From the NCBI GenBank assembly GCA_963675295.2, contig CAXXKJ010000002.1:4448001-4512000 (forward strand): a DNA stretch of 64,000 nucleotides. The letters run 5' to 3'. The stretch comes from a bacterium. GTDB lineage: Bacteria; Electryoneota; Electryoneia; Electryoneales; Electryoneaceae. The notes beneath the pieces are model-generated. The model had not been told where the DNA came from, searched no databases, and saw only the letters and a program-made list of their open reading frames with translations. Below are positions 53,726 to 64,000 of this stretch, piece by piece (the stretch's first letter is position 1; every line of letters begins with the position of its first letter). The translations under genes and the position numbers were made by a program.

Positions 53726-55990
53726 TCATTTGAGTACGGTGATGCGCTGGGCGGAGGTGAAGCCGTCCCCGGTGGACAACCGCACGACATACAGGCCGCT
53801 GGCAAACGTGCCGGCGTCCATCGTGAGTTGATGCGAGCCGGGTGAGAAGGTTTGCCCATCCACCAATACATGCACCGACCGACCAAGGATATCGAACACA
53901 GACACGTTTAGCGTGCTCGCATGCGGCAAGTCGAAGCTGACGGTCGCGTGGCTGTTGAACGGGTTCGGGTAGACCGGACGCAGCCGGATCTGCCGTGGGG
54001 TCGACGCCTTGTGGCGCAAGGACTCGTCCACGCTGAGTGCGTCGGCTCGCATCAAGACGCCCTGTGAACCGCCGGCGACGTACATCGTGCCGTCGGAGCT
54101 GACCCCGGCGATGCGCTCAGTGGTCGAGCCGGAGGTCGTGGCGAACACCTCCCACCAGTGATCACCAAGATCCGGACTGATCATCACCTGTTCCTCGTTC
54201 TGGCACAGCAGCCAGCCGTCCTGCATGTAATCAAGGAACGTGGTGTTGAACGGCATGTCTATCTGCTGCGTAAAACCGGATACTGCACGATCATCGGTGT
54301 ACAGTCCGTATCGATTTCCGCTTTCGGTGGCGACCGCGACCGCGCCGGGCCCGTCCGGCTGCGGCGAGTAGGACATCATGTCGTCACCGTCGTAGAACGG
54401 CTCGAAGGACTGGCCACTGTCAGTGCTTTCGTAGAGTTGCAGCGAGCTGGTCATGATCACGCGATCCGTATCGGTGGGATCGAAGCACAGGTTCCCGAGG
54501 TAGTTGCCAAATCCCAGCGCACGTGCCCAGGTCTCTCCCCCGTCCGCGGTTCGGTAGACACCGGGCAGGACACCGATCGGGTTGGCGATGCAGACCATGG
54601 TATCCTGATCGACAGGGTGAAAGCCGAAATCGGTGGTATTCTGGAGTTCTTCCGCTTCCAGCCAGCTGCTGCCGCCGTCGTCGCTGAGCCAAGGGGTCGA
54701 GAGCGCCCAGGTCACAATCCGCCCGCCGTCATACGGGCTGATGCGGCTGGTCGCAAAGAAGGGTTCGAACGAGATGATGCTCCACGTCTGGCCGCGGTCA
54801 TCGGTTTGCAGGATGCCACCGTTGATGGTGGCGTGCACGATGTCCGAGTCTGTCCGCGACACGGTCACCGCCTGCACTTCCGCGCCGCGGAAGCCATCCA
54901 CGCTTGCGTTCCACGTTTCCCCGGCATCCAGCGATGACATGAACAGGTCGCGAAAGCGAATGTGGAAGTGGTCTGCGTTGTACGGGGAAACGGACAGGTC
55001 TTCAATGTCGATCGTGGGAAAGGTCAGCAACGGGTAACGGGCAGGATCATCGAGCGCAAGTTCCCAGGTCTGGCCGAGATCTTCGCTGAGGTACATGTTG
55101 TCCGGCGCGAAGACCAGGATCCTGCCGTCCGCCAGCACCATCGGCTGGATCAATTCGGACCCGCCCCACGGCCCGGTCAGCAGTCCAAAGTTCGCGCCGC
55201 CGTCATAGCTGACCAAACCGAACGTACCCTGCACCACCTCACCGACAGCGTACACGAGGCTCGGATCATCGGGATGGAAGTACACCTCCGGATGCATCTC
55301 CCAGTGCAACGCGCCGGGGGCTTGTGAACCCATCGGCTCCCAGGTTGCGCCACCATCCATGGACCGCCACAAACAGTCGCCGTCGTCCATGTAGGGAGTG
55401 GTTTGGCGAACGGTGTAAAGGGTGTCTGATCGATCCGGGCGGAAAACGAGGCCGTTGAGATAGAGCGGCACGTTGTAGGTCACGTGATACATCAGCTCCC
55501 ACGTATCGCCCTCATCCAGCGATTGGATCAGGCTGGATTGCGCGTCGGTGGAACGCAGCATGTACAGCGGGCCATCCGAACCGGGCGCGCGGTAGATCGA
55601 GCTCATGGTGGTGAAGCCGAGCGGGATGTCGGCGGAGGTCCAGGTCTGGCCGCCGTCGTAGCTTCGGCCCCAGGAATAGTTGTCGAGGGAATACAGCGTG
55701 TCTGGCGAAGTCGGATGCACTGCGAAGTCGCGGATCAGGGTCTGGGAGCGCAACCAGGTGAAGGACGAGCCGCCGTCCTCACTCACCATCAGCTGGTAGT
55801 TGCCACCAAACTGCGGCGCGAGTTCGCCGGTGGCGTACAGCCGGTTGTCATTGTGCGGTGTGAAGTACAGCCCTTCGACAGCGGCGGTGTTGGGTCCGAT
55901 CGAGACCCAGTCCTGCGCCGTCGCGGGCAGAACCAGCGAGAGAACGGTGAGCAGACACAGGGTTGTCCGTGTGATTCTGCGTTGAGTCAT
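53726..55990 (-). CDS. BNR/Asp-box (VPS10/YCF48-like) repeat protein with T9SS CTD
   Basis: Signal peptide; many SxDGGxTW Asp-boxes; YPNPFN...RITVLK. Confidence 0.88.
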   Translation of the reverse strand: MTQRRITRTTLCLLTVLSLVLPATAQDWVSIGPNTAAVEGLYFTPHNDNRLYATGELAPQFGGNYQLMVSEDGGSSFTWLRSQTLIRDFAVHPTSPDTLYSLDNYSWGRSYDGGQTWTSADIPLGFTTMSSIYRAPGSDGPLYMLRSTDAQSSLIQSLDEGDTWELMYHVTYNVPLYLNGLVFRPDRSDTLYTVRQTTPYMDDGDCLWRSMDGGATWEPMGSQAPGALHWEMHPEVYFHPDDPSLVYAVGEVVQGTFGLVSYDGGANFGLLTGPWGGSELIQPMVLADGRILVFAPDNMYLSEDLGQTWELALDDPARYPLLTFPTIDIEDLSVSPYNADHFHIRFRDLFMSSLDAGETWNASVDGFRGAEVQAVTVSRTDSDIVHATINGGILQTDDRGQTWSIISFEPFFATSRISPYDGGRIVTWALSTPWLSDDGGSSWLEAEELQNTTDFGFHPVDQDTMVCIANPIGVLPGVYRTADGGETWARALGFGNYLGNLCFDPTDTDRVIMTSSLQLYESTDSGQSFEPFYDGDDMMSYSPQPDGPGAVAVATESGNRYGLYTDDRAVSGFTQQIDMPFNTTFLDYMQDGWLLCQNEEQVMISPDLGDHWWEVFATTSGSTTERIAGVSSDGTMYVAGGSQGVLMRADALSVDESLRHKASTPRQIRLRPVYPNPFNSHATVSFDLPHASTLNVSVFDILGRSVHVLVDGQTFSPGSHQLTMDAGTFASGLYVVRLSTGDGFTSAQRITVLK

Positions 55991-56068
55991 GCGTCGCGCC
56001 TCCTTCCCCGGTTCGTCCCTGTGGGATAAGATAGCGCGGCCCGGACCCGGTATGCACTCCGTTGCAGA

Positions 56069-58348
56069 CTATTTCACCAGCGTGACACGGATTGCACGGG
56101 TTGAACCCATCCTGTCCGAAGCACGGATCAGGTACACACCGCTGGCGGCGGCGGATGCGTCCCAGACCAGCAGATGCCGTCCGGCCGGGTAGTGTTTCTG
56201 GTTTGCCAACATCGCCACCAGCCGTCCGAGTACGTCATACACCTGAACGTCCACCGCACCGGGCTGGGGGAGGTTGAAGGCGAACGAGGTCATCGCGTTG
56301 AACGGATTCGGGTATGCCGGTTCGAGCGAAAACTCGGCCGGGATGGTCGAGAAGGAGTCGGATTCGTCAACCGAGAGGCCGTTCGGCAGCATCCAGACAC
56401 CGTTATACATCGTGCCGAGGTAGATCGTGCGGTTGGCGTGGACGGCGGCATTCACGATGTCCTGATCAGCGTCGTAAAGCTCGGTCCATGTATCGCCCTG
56501 ATCCTCGCTCAGGAAGAGCCGGAAGGTGTGGGCGATCGCCAGCAGGTCGCCATTCCAGGTGACTTGCAGATCGTACATCGCCCACGGGAGGCTGATTTCA
56601 TCTCCCCACGTTCCGTTCCTGTCCGGCGAATAGTGACCAGAATAACTGTCGATGGAAAACATCGTCATCGCCTCGCCATCGGGCTGCAGGCTGATGGAGG
56701 TGTACGGATAGATGAAGGGATTTCCGATCTGGTCAAATGTCGCGCCGCCATCGGTAGATTTATACAGTTCGGTGTCGGCGTGCGCGAAAACGTGGTCATC
56801 GTGAATCGGGTCCGGCACTACGCGCACCGGTTGCTCATCGAGGTAGTCCGTCTCTTGCCAGTCTGTGAACAGGTCGTGTCCGTGGAAAACGGTGAGCTCC
56901 ATCCCATCCGATCCAACCACGTATGCCGACCCCGTGGTATCCGGATGCAGGGCGACATCCACGAGATAGCCGGGCACATCCGGACAGTTCTGCCAGGTTT
57001 CGCCGCCGTCGTTGGAATACCGCAATGGCGTGTACAGGTTCAGGTCCCGGTACATCGACCAGCTGACGATGAAATCGGGGTCCTTCGGTTGCAGCAGGCC
57101 ATGGATGTCGATGGCGGAATCAATCAGCCGCCAGCTTACTCCGCCATCATTGCTGAGATACAGGAAGCGATAGGCGTTCGCGAGCAGCGTCTGCGGGTCG
57201 GACTTGTTGACCTCGACGCTCACCGCATCCGGGCAGGAGAAACCCTCGGTGTTGACCGACCATGTCGCGCCGGCGTCCAGCGACCGCAGGAACACATGCT
57301 CCCGCCTGGCGTAGATCCGGTCCAGATCGGCGGGATGCACGGTGAAATGGGACGTGAACAATTCGGTGAACTCGAGCGGGCTGGTGTCGAAACTCTGCAC
57401 CTGCCACCAATCGGGGCCGGGGTAGTTTTGCGCGTACTGGCCGTCCCGGGTAATGACGGTCAGGGTGCCGTCCGCAAGGAAGCTGGCGTGGTACTCAGCG
57501 TCTTCATCCCACGGGCCGGGGATCAGCTCCCACGGATAATCGAGATCGTCGTTCATCAGGGTTTGTGAGAACCCGTTTTCAGCGCCGAATTCCAGGTACA
57601 TCGTTCCCGGAAACACGGGATTGAACCTCAGGTCGTAGACATCGTAGAGCACAGGATCGTACACCGATTCCCAGAATCCTTCCTGGAAATTGAACCTCAT
57701 CAACAGGCGGCTGTCCGGTTCATCGTGGATGGCGTGTTTCAGGCCGAACAACCTGTTGGCATTGTTCGGGTCGAAACACATTTCGTAAAAATGGTTCATC
57801 AGCCAGTTGCCCGCGCCGTATTCCACGGTCCAGGTCAAACCGTGATCCTCGCTCTTGTACAGCCCGAAGCCGCGATCATGATCGTCATCACCCGCCATCA
57901 GGAACAGCGCGCCGTCATCGCCGGGCTGTTTTGTCAGGAAACGGCCATAGTCTGGGCCACCGTGATCGAACAGGTCGTACCCATCCCAAGTTTCCCCGGT
58001 GTTGGTGCTGATGAAGAATTCGTCCTCGCTGATCGCGTACAGGGTCGCCGGGTCATTCTCGTCAAAGACCAGTTCGGTCAGGATTTCCAGCGGGTAGGAC
58101 GTGGTGAACGAGACGCCGCCGTCATGGGAAACCATGGTCAGCCGTTCATTCGGATCGCTGCCGTCCAGTTGCCCCCGGACAAAGACCAGGTCCGGATCAT
58201 GTGGCGAAGGCCAGAACTGGTGAACAGCGCCGGTGTACGGTCCGGCAAAGGTCCAGTCTTGCGCCAATCCGGAAAGGGGCAGACTGAGCAGAACAACCAG
58301 GAGGATCAATCGAACGACGGTGGGATGGGAGGCAGAATGGGCAGTCAT
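56069..58348 (-). CDS. BNR/Asp-box repeat protein with T9SS CTD (paralogue of 53726..55990)
   Basis: Signal peptide ending GLA-QDW; SxDGG repeats; YPNPFN...RVTLVK. Confidence 0.85.
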   Translation of the reverse strand: MTAHSASHPTVVRLILLVVLLSLPLSGLAQDWTFAGPYTGAVHQFWPSPHDPDLVFVRGQLDGSDPNERLTMVSHDGGVSFTTSYPLEILTELVFDENDPATLYAISEDEFFISTNTGETWDGYDLFDHGGPDYGRFLTKQPGDDGALFLMAGDDDHDRGFGLYKSEDHGLTWTVEYGAGNWLMNHFYEMCFDPNNANRLFGLKHAIHDEPDSRLLMRFNFQEGFWESVYDPVLYDVYDLRFNPVFPGTMYLEFGAENGFSQTLMNDDLDYPWELIPGPWDEDAEYHASFLADGTLTVITRDGQYAQNYPGPDWWQVQSFDTSPLEFTELFTSHFTVHPADLDRIYARREHVFLRSLDAGATWSVNTEGFSCPDAVSVEVNKSDPQTLLANAYRFLYLSNDGGVSWRLIDSAIDIHGLLQPKDPDFIVSWSMYRDLNLYTPLRYSNDGGETWQNCPDVPGYLVDVALHPDTTGSAYVVGSDGMELTVFHGHDLFTDWQETDYLDEQPVRVVPDPIHDDHVFAHADTELYKSTDGGATFDQIGNPFIYPYTSISLQPDGEAMTMFSIDSYSGHYSPDRNGTWGDEISLPWAMYDLQVTWNGDLLAIAHTFRLFLSEDQGDTWTELYDADQDIVNAAVHANRTIYLGTMYNGVWMLPNGLSVDESDSFSTIPAEFSLEPAYPNPFNAMTSFAFNLPQPGAVDVQVYDVLGRLVAMLANQKHYPAGRHLLVWDASAAASGVYLIRASDRMGSTRAIRVTLVK

Positions 58349-58471
58349 CGAAACCCTCGGCGCTATTTGATAGTTGATGCCTGAACAACGTACACCGCGC
58401 GGAGGGTCAGGGTAAAGGATTTTGTTCATCCCGCTGCGTTTCAGACGAAGTGCGTCTCTCCGGACAAACAC

Positions 58472-58501
58472 AAAAACGCCCGGGTGCAACGACCCGGGCG
58501 T
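58472..58501 (-). terminator. Rho-independent terminator downstream of the DtxR-family gene
   Basis: ACGCCCGGGT-loop-ACCCGGGCGT with a U-tract on the minus strand. Confidence 0.75.
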
Positions 58502-58553
58502 GAGAGTGTCTCATCAACAACGGTGCCAGATGCTTATGCTGGCGGGCCGTCTG

Positions 58554-59246
58554 CTAGCTGGCGACGGAACCGGACCGATCCGGCTTCACCCAGATCAAGC
58601 GCGCAACGTCGCCGTCAATCTGGATTTCTCGGCGGCCGACACGCACGGACAGCTTGCCGTTGTTCGAGCCGGACAGACGCGTGACCGACGCGCCTGGATA
58701 GGCACCGATTTCACCGAGCACAGTCAACAGGTGACGGCTGCGGTTGTCGACACGACCGACCTGTGCCTGCGATCCCTCTTCCAAGCGGGTGAGCGGCACC
58801 AGCTTGTGATCCGGCATATTTCCGTGTTCATCCGGAATCGGATCGCCGTGCGGATCGTAGCTCGGATGCCCAAGCTTGCGGTCGATGTGGTTGAGCAGAC
58901 TGTCGCTGACCGTATGCTCGAGCTGCTGCACCTCTTCGTGCACTTCGTCCCACGAATAATCGAGGAACCGCACGAGGAAGGTTTCGAGCAGCCGGTGACG
59001 GCGGACGAGATACACCGCGACGCGGCGTCCCTCTTCCGTCAGCTCCGGCGGACGGTAGCGCTGGTAGCGCACCCAGCCACGCTCGCTGAGACGGCGGAGC
59101 ATGCCGGTGACGGACGGCGCCTTGACGCCGAACATCTTGGCCAATTGGCTCGAGCCGGCACGTTCGCCGCTGGACTCGAGACGGTACAGGGTCAGCAGAT
59201 ACTCTTCTGCTGACGAGGATACTTTCGGGTTACCATGAGTATGCAT
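58554..59246 (-). CDS. DtxR/MntR-family metal-dependent regulator with FeoA domain
   Basis: EEYL..LY, SVTGMLRRL, RRHRLLETFL, EV..LEH, DPHGDPIP, C-terminal FeoA-like SH3 region. Confidence 0.93.
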   Translation of the reverse strand: MHTHGNPKVSSSAEEYLLTLYRLESSGERAGSSQLAKMFGVKAPSVTGMLRRLSERGWVRYQRYRPPELTEEGRRVAVYLVRRHRLLETFLVRFLDYSWDEVHEEVQQLEHTVSDSLLNHIDRKLGHPSYDPHGDPIPDEHGNMPDHKLVPLTRLEEGSQAQVGRVDNRSRHLLTVLGEIGAYPGASVTRLSGSNNGKLSVRVGRREIQIDGDVARLIWVKPDRSGSVAS

Positions 59247-59260
59247 AAAAGCCCCGTTCA

Positions 59261-59331
59261 AAGTTAGGCATGGCAAACTTAGTCATCCGAACTTTTTTAG
59301 CGCAAGCAAAAGTTTGGCTTCCCTTAAATTT
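59261..59331. promoter_or_regulatory. Putative DtxR/TroR-like operator boxes
   Basis: AAGTTAGGCATGGCAAACTT (59261-59280), TTTAGTCATCCGAACTT and AAGTTTGGCTTCCCTTAAATTT resemble TTAGG-N-CCTAA boxes. Confidence 0.55.
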
Positions 59332-59427
59332 ACAGAGTCAGTCTCGACGGGTCTCGGGGATTGGATGCAACAAACACTTGGGCGTTGCCGTATGCTATCT
59401 TGAGGCCGCTTAACACGATCGGATTTC

Positions 59428-60720
59428 ATGTTTACCACGCTCGACCGCTATATCGTCCGCGAACACGTCGCGCCCTTTTTCATCAGCAACGCGTTGATCA
59501 TGTTCATTTTTACACTGAACCTGGCGTTGCAGATGCTTGGCCGGATTGTCGGCAAGGGACTCGAGCCAATGCTGATCCTCGAGTTTTTCTGGCTCAACCT
59601 GGCGTGGATCCTGACGCTCTCGGTGCCAATGAGTGTGCTCGTGGCGTGCCTGATGGGCTTCGGGCGGCTGGCGGGCGACCATGAAATCATCGCGATGAAG
59701 GCGGCGGGTGTTGGCATCAACCGGATGATCCGTCCGGTGCTGATCATGGGGATTCTGGTCGGCGCGTTCTCGCTCTACTTCCAGGACCAGATTCTGCCGG
59801 ACATGAATTACCGCAACAAGCTGCTGACGACCTCGATCAAGCGCAAGCAGCCGAATGTGGTGATCCGGGAAGGCACGTTCACCCGTGACATTCCGAAGCA
59901 GACGTTGCTGGTCAAGGACATGGACCCGGAAACCGAGCTGCTGACCGATGTGACCATCTTTGACGAGTCCAACCAGAACCAGCCGACGACGATCCTCGCC
60001 CAGCAAGGGTACATGAACTATGTCGACAGCCTCGGCATGTACCACCTGAAATTGTATCACGGCGAGATTCACCAGACCGAGCGTCAGAATCCGGAATCCT
60101 ACCAGATCATGGAGTTCGGGGAGGCGTTATTCCGCACCGAGGACACCGACCAGTTGCTGCAGCGGCGTGAGGGCGGCTATCGCGGCGATCGTGAGTTGAG
60201 CCTCTCCGGGTTGATGGAACGGGTGGACGAACTCAAGGAGCGGCCTGATCCGGAACGGTATGTCCGTCAGATCAACCGCTACCTCGTTGAATACCACAAG
60301 AAATGGTCGATCAGTTTCGCAGCAATTGTGTTTGTGCTGATCGGGGCACCGTTGGGGATCAAGCTGACGCACGGCGGGCTCGGTGTGTCCGGTCCGCTCA
60401 GTGTCGTTTTCTTCCTGATGTACTGGACATTCCTGATCGGCGGTGAGGACATGGCCGATCGTGGACTCGTTGCGCCGTGGCTGGCGATGTGGGCGCCGAA
60501 CTTCCTGCTCGGCGCGTTGGGCTGGTTCCTGATCCGGCTGGAGACGAAGGCGCATTCGGCGATCCGCTTCCCGTGGCAACGGAAACGGGCGACGGATGAG
60601 CATCCGGACACGTGGACAGACCTCTCACGGGAACAGATCGAGCGCATGGCGGCGGAAGAGGCCGCGCGTCAGCAAACCGGCGACGAACCGGATAGCGAAC
60701 GTTCGCGGGAGGGTGGCTGA
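59428..60720 (+). CDS. lptF: LPS export ABC transporter permease LptF
   Basis: LDRYIVRE, FGRLAGDHEIIAMKAAG, EYHKK, IGAPLG, LAMWAPN. Confidence 0.88.
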   Translation: MFTTLDRYIVREHVAPFFISNALIMFIFTLNLALQMLGRIVGKGLEPMLILEFFWLNLAWILTLSVPMSVLVACLMGFGRLAGDHEIIAMKAAGVGINRMIRPVLIMGILVGAFSLYFQDQILPDMNYRNKLLTTSIKRKQPNVVIREGTFTRDIPKQTLLVKDMDPETELLTDVTIFDESNQNQPTTILAQQGYMNYVDSLGMYHLKLYHGEIHQTERQNPESYQIMEFGEALFRTEDTDQLLQRREGGYRGDRELSLSGLMERVDELKERPDPERYVRQINRYLVEYHKKWSISFAAIVFVLIGAPLGIKLTHGGLGVSGPLSVVFFLMYWTFLIGGEDMADRGLVAPWLAMWAPNFLLGALGWFLIRLETKAHSAIRFPWQRKRATDEHPDTWTDLSREQIERMAAEEAARQQTGDEPDSERSREGG

Positions 60721-61793
60721 TGGCGATCCTCGACCGTTACGTGGCGAAACGTTTCCTGACGTTCTTTTTCTTCGCGGTGCTGGCGTCCCTCGCGATCTAC
60801 CTGATCATCGACCCGATCGAGAACCTCGACAAGTTCCTTGATAAGGACGTGCCATGGTCGGAGATCGGCCGCTATTACCTGCTGTACGTCCCGTTTATCG
60901 TCTATCAGATCTACCCTGTCGCGATGTTGCTCGGTACGATGTTCTGCATCGGCGGGCTGACGACGACCAACGAGCTGATGGCGATGACGGCGTCTGGAGT
61001 GCCGCTACGGCGTCACCTGATGTTGCTGACCACGATGGCGTTTGTGCTCTCGGCGTTCATGTTCTGGTGGGGCGAAACGATTGTCCCCGAGATGAACCGT
61101 GAGCGACTCAAGATCTGGCGTGAACAGGTCCGGATGCAGGAAGACTGGCGGCTGACGAACCAGGGGCAGGTGTACCTGCAGGACCAGCCGGGACGTGTGC
61201 TGCATCTCGACCTCTATCAGCCGGCGAAGGAGACCGGTTACGGCGTTGACCTGTACGAGTTCGAGGCCGGTGCGATCCAGCTTCGGATCAACGCACGCTC
61301 GATGTCGTGGAAAAATGATCACTGGGTGCTGCACAATGTGGTGGTGCGCACTTTCGGCCCCGAAGGCGAACGGGTCAGCGAGGAGGAGCAGCGGTCGATT
61401 GAGCTGAACGTCATCCCCTCCGACATGGTCGAGCTGCAGGTTGAACCGGAAGAGATGAGCATGGAGGAACTGATCCGTTTCGCGGAACGGATCGAATCCA
61501 CCGGCGGCACCGCGACTCGGTGGCGGGTGGACATTTATTCGAAGGTGGCGTTGCCGTTCGCCGGGGTGATCATTGTGCTGTTCGGCGTGCCGGTGAGCGC
61601 GGTACGGCGACGATCCGGGGTGATCTTCGGGGTGATGATCTCGTTGCTGATCAGCTTTATTTTCTTCGGCATCATGCAGATGGGCAAGGTGTTCGGCTAC
61701 AAGGAAATGATCGACCCATTCATTGCATCGTGGATGGGGAACATCCTCTTCTTCTTCATCGGGATTTTCCTGTACTATCGCGCGCCGAGATAG
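60720..61793 (+). CDS. lptG: LPS export ABC transporter permease LptG
   Basis: ILDRYV, NELMAMTASGV, PEEMS..EL, K.ALPF, ASWMGN. Confidence 0.88.
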   Translation: MAILDRYVAKRFLTFFFFAVLASLAIYLIIDPIENLDKFLDKDVPWSEIGRYYLLYVPFIVYQIYPVAMLLGTMFCIGGLTTTNELMAMTASGVPLRRHLMLLTTMAFVLSAFMFWWGETIVPEMNRERLKIWREQVRMQEDWRLTNQGQVYLQDQPGRVLHLDLYQPAKETGYGVDLYEFEAGAIQLRINARSMSWKNDHWVLHNVVVRTFGPEGERVSEEEQRSIELNVIPSDMVELQVEPEEMSMEELIRFAERIESTGGTATRWRVDIYSKVALPFAGVIIVLFGVPVSAVRRRSGVIFGVMISLLISFIFFGIMQMGKVFGYKEMIDPFIASWMGNILFFFIGIFLYYRAPR

Positions 61794-61956
61794 GCTAGTA
61801 CTGAAGTACAAAGTCGAAAGCACAGAGTCGAAAAAACAATTCCGTCTGAGAAGTGGCCGTGTTTGCTTGCAAACGCGGCCGAGCCGAATCCAAGCGGATT
61901 ATCCGCGTCCGCGAGCGGACACGGGCACGTGCAAGGCTGACCAAACGAGTGGAAGC

Positions 61957-62499
61957 ATGAAGTTCCTTCCGACAGAGATTCCGGATGTGATTGAGATCGT
62001 AACGGATGTGTTCGGCGACGAGCGCGGGTATTTCCTTGAAACGTTCCAGCAGGAACGCTACGCCGCTGGCGGGATCGATCTGCCGTTTGTGCAGGACAAC
62101 GAAAGCCGTTCACGCCGGGGTGTGTTGCGCGGGCTGCATTTCCAAAAGACCAAGCCGCAAGGCAAACTGGTACGTGTGATCGAGGGCGAAGTGTTCGACG
62201 TCGCGGTGGACATCCGTCGGGACTCGCCGTCGTTCGGCCAGTGGGTCGGACGCACACTCAGCGCCGAACGCAAGAACCAGCTGTGGGTGCCGCCGGGTTT
62301 CGCGCACGGGTTCCTCGTGCTGAGTGAGACCTGCGTGTTTTCGTACAAGTGCACCGACTATTACGACCAGAGCGATGACCGTGGCGTGCTGTGGAATGAT
62401 CCGGCGATCGGCATCGAGTGGCCGGTGGAGGGGATGCAGCTGCTGCTCAGCGACAAGGATCGTCAGCAGCCGTTGCTGAAGGACGCGGATTTGCTTTGA
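61957..62499 (+). CDS. rfbC: dTDP-4-dehydrorhamnose 3,5-epimerase
   Basis: FGDERGYF, FVQDNES.S..GVLRGLHFQ, QGKLVRV, PPGFAHGF, YKCTDYY, WND. Confidence 0.97.
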   Translation: MKFLPTEIPDVIEIVTDVFGDERGYFLETFQQERYAAGGIDLPFVQDNESRSRRGVLRGLHFQKTKPQGKLVRVIEGEVFDVAVDIRRDSPSFGQWVGRTLSAERKNQLWVPPGFAHGFLVLSETCVFSYKCTDYYDQSDDRGVLWNDPAIGIEWPVEGMQLLLSDKDRQQPLLKDADLL

Positions 62500-62682
62500 A
62501 AAGAAGCATCAGACGCAACGGATGCAAAGGAAGCAAAAGACGCAAAGGAAGCAACAGATAAAAGAAACTGCCACGGATGGCGAATCCGTGGCAGTGTTAT
62601 TTTTGGTACGTCCTTCAGCAACGGCGCTTTTGCACGTTGCCAATCGCAACCCAATTTCTCGTTACCTTAGGCATCATTCGCA

Positions 62683-62718
62683 TCAGTTGCGTCAGTTGCG
62701 TCAGTTGCGTCAGTTGCG
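62683..62718. repeat. Nonamer tandem repeat (TCAGTTGCG)x4
   Basis: Directly visible; related degenerate nonamers at 62511-62558 and 39480-39535. Confidence 0.85.
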
Positions 62719-62750
62719 TCTGTGGCGTCTGTGGCGTCCGTTGCCGTCAC

Positions 62751-63728
62751 TCACTTCTTCATCCCATGCGCCTCGAAAATCGGCTGGAAGTGGTCATGCA
62801 GCTCGGCGGAACTGGCGGCAAAAATGCCCTCGTTGGCGGTCATCCGGTCGCCCTTGGTCCAGTCGATTGGCTTGCCTTCGAGGTCGGTGATCTTTCCGCC
62901 GGCTTCGGCGACCAGCAACGCGCCCGCGGCGTGATCCCAGTAGTACTGCGCGCCGAACTTCGGGCTCGGGTTGCGTGGGTAGACCTCCGCCGCGCCGGTG
63001 GCGAGGGCGGCATACTTCGCCATCGAATCCATCGGGAACAATTCGACCTGCCATTTGTTTGTGTCAACACCTTCGGGGGCGGCGACCTTGTCATGCGCCC
63101 GGCTGCCGATGACCGCGAGACGGCCGCCATCCGCGAGTTTCGGCGCGTCACGGCGGGTGAAGGTTTCCTCCGCGCCATCCGCGATGTTGTAGCGTTTCAC
63201 GCCCTTGCCCTGACGCGAGAGGAACAGCTTGCCGGTGATGTCCTGCATCCGCTTGTCACCAGTCGGAACTGCCATCCAACCTTCGCTGAGGTCGCCGTTG
63301 ACCGACCGTCCGCACGCGACCGCGTAGAACAGGCCGGCAACGTAGCCCTTGGTGCCGTCGATCGGGTCGATGAACCAGTCGGCGCCGGAGGTGCCTTCGC
63401 CACGATAACTGATGCGGTCGCGAAGTTCGCCGAGCGAGATGCTTGCGCCGGTGACCTCTTCGATGATCTCGCGCACCGGGTTCGCCTTCGCCTCTTCCAT
63501 GATGGTTTCGGCTTCTTCTTCGGCGTGGACGCGGTCTTTCGGGCGAATCGACGCGACTTCGTTGAGTAGAATCGCCTGGCTGGCGAGGTCGGCGATGGTG
63601 ACCGGTGTTTTGTCTTCCTTGCTCCAGGACGCGTCCTTCGCGCCGGCTTCACGTACCAGCAAGGTGGCCTTGGCGGCGTTCAGCATCGCGCGGGTGATGA
63701 TGGTCTGTTCCTGCTCGTTCAGCAGCAT
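62751..63728 (-). CDS. Inositol monophosphatase / 3'(2'),5'-bisphosphate nucleotidase (CysQ/HAL2-like)
   Basis: K.DKTPVT.AD, AEE, IDPIDGTKGY, DSMAKY, WDHAAG.L...EAGG.ITD. Confidence 0.9.
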   Translation of the reverse strand: MLLNEQEQTIITRAMLNAAKATLLVREAGAKDASWSKEDKTPVTIADLASQAILLNEVASIRPKDRVHAEEEAETIMEEAKANPVREIIEEVTGASISLGELRDRISYRGEGTSGADWFIDPIDGTKGYVAGLFYAVACGRSVNGDLSEGWMAVPTGDKRMQDITGKLFLSRQGKGVKRYNIADGAEETFTRRDAPKLADGGRLAVIGSRAHDKVAAPEGVDTNKWQVELFPMDSMAKYAALATGAAEVYPRNPSPKFGAQYYWDHAAGALLVAEAGGKITDLEGKPIDWTKGDRMTANEGIFAASSAELHDHFQPIFEAHGMKK

Positions 63729-64000
63729 CGGTATCTCACGTTGGGTTCTTGGTGTGTGTGTTCGCGGCTTAGGATACGGGGCAGGGTGGTGTGTTGCAAG
63801 GACGACGGTCACACGGTGGAGTCCTGCATTAGCACACAGTATGGTCGTGCTTCCATGCTGCGTGTTGAAACGGTGACGCGGGAAGCTCTCTGATCTCGAA
63901 GTATTTTCAGGAATTCCGGCGTGCAGGTTGAATCTTCAGGCGCTTTCAATTAGTTTCAAAGACGTATGTTATAATCGACTTAAATCGGCTTCCTGGGGGA

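Overview
GC-rich bacterial chromosomal segment. The gene content points to an FCB-group lineage outside classical Bacteroidia (inference): nine YPNPFN-type T9SS C-terminal domains, a BatA-domain gene and an alternative complex III operon. Housekeeping and metabolic genes include hflX, lgt, a Zn/Mn ABC transporter, actA-F, lptF/lptG, rfbC, MATE, TetR+SDR, an NtrC-type regulator and a DtxR-family regulator. They are interspersed with about 16 secreted beta-propeller, FG-GAP, LVIVD and BNR proteins. Two features stand out. (1) An unnamed ~110-aa C-terminal domain (VPxxGG...W...P.G...P..AP.G.Y...G...F.F.K) occurs in 8 otherwise unrelated secreted proteins. It is terminal in 6 that lack a T9SS CTD and sits directly before the T9SS CTD in 2, so it is a candidate new sorting or docking module. 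(2) Three tandem paralogue arrays have conserved GC-rich ends or anchors flanking divergent AT-rich cores, with mosaic sharing that suggests cassette-like diversification. Also seen: a strongly structured intergenic RNA candidate, an MglA-like pseudo-GTPase, a degenerate ArsC-like ORF missed by the ORF track, several REP-like palindrome families and 7/9-bp tandem repeats at gene ends. No rRNA, tRNA, CRISPR array, transposase or reverse transcriptase was recognised. All family calls come from motif recognition by eye, not database searches.
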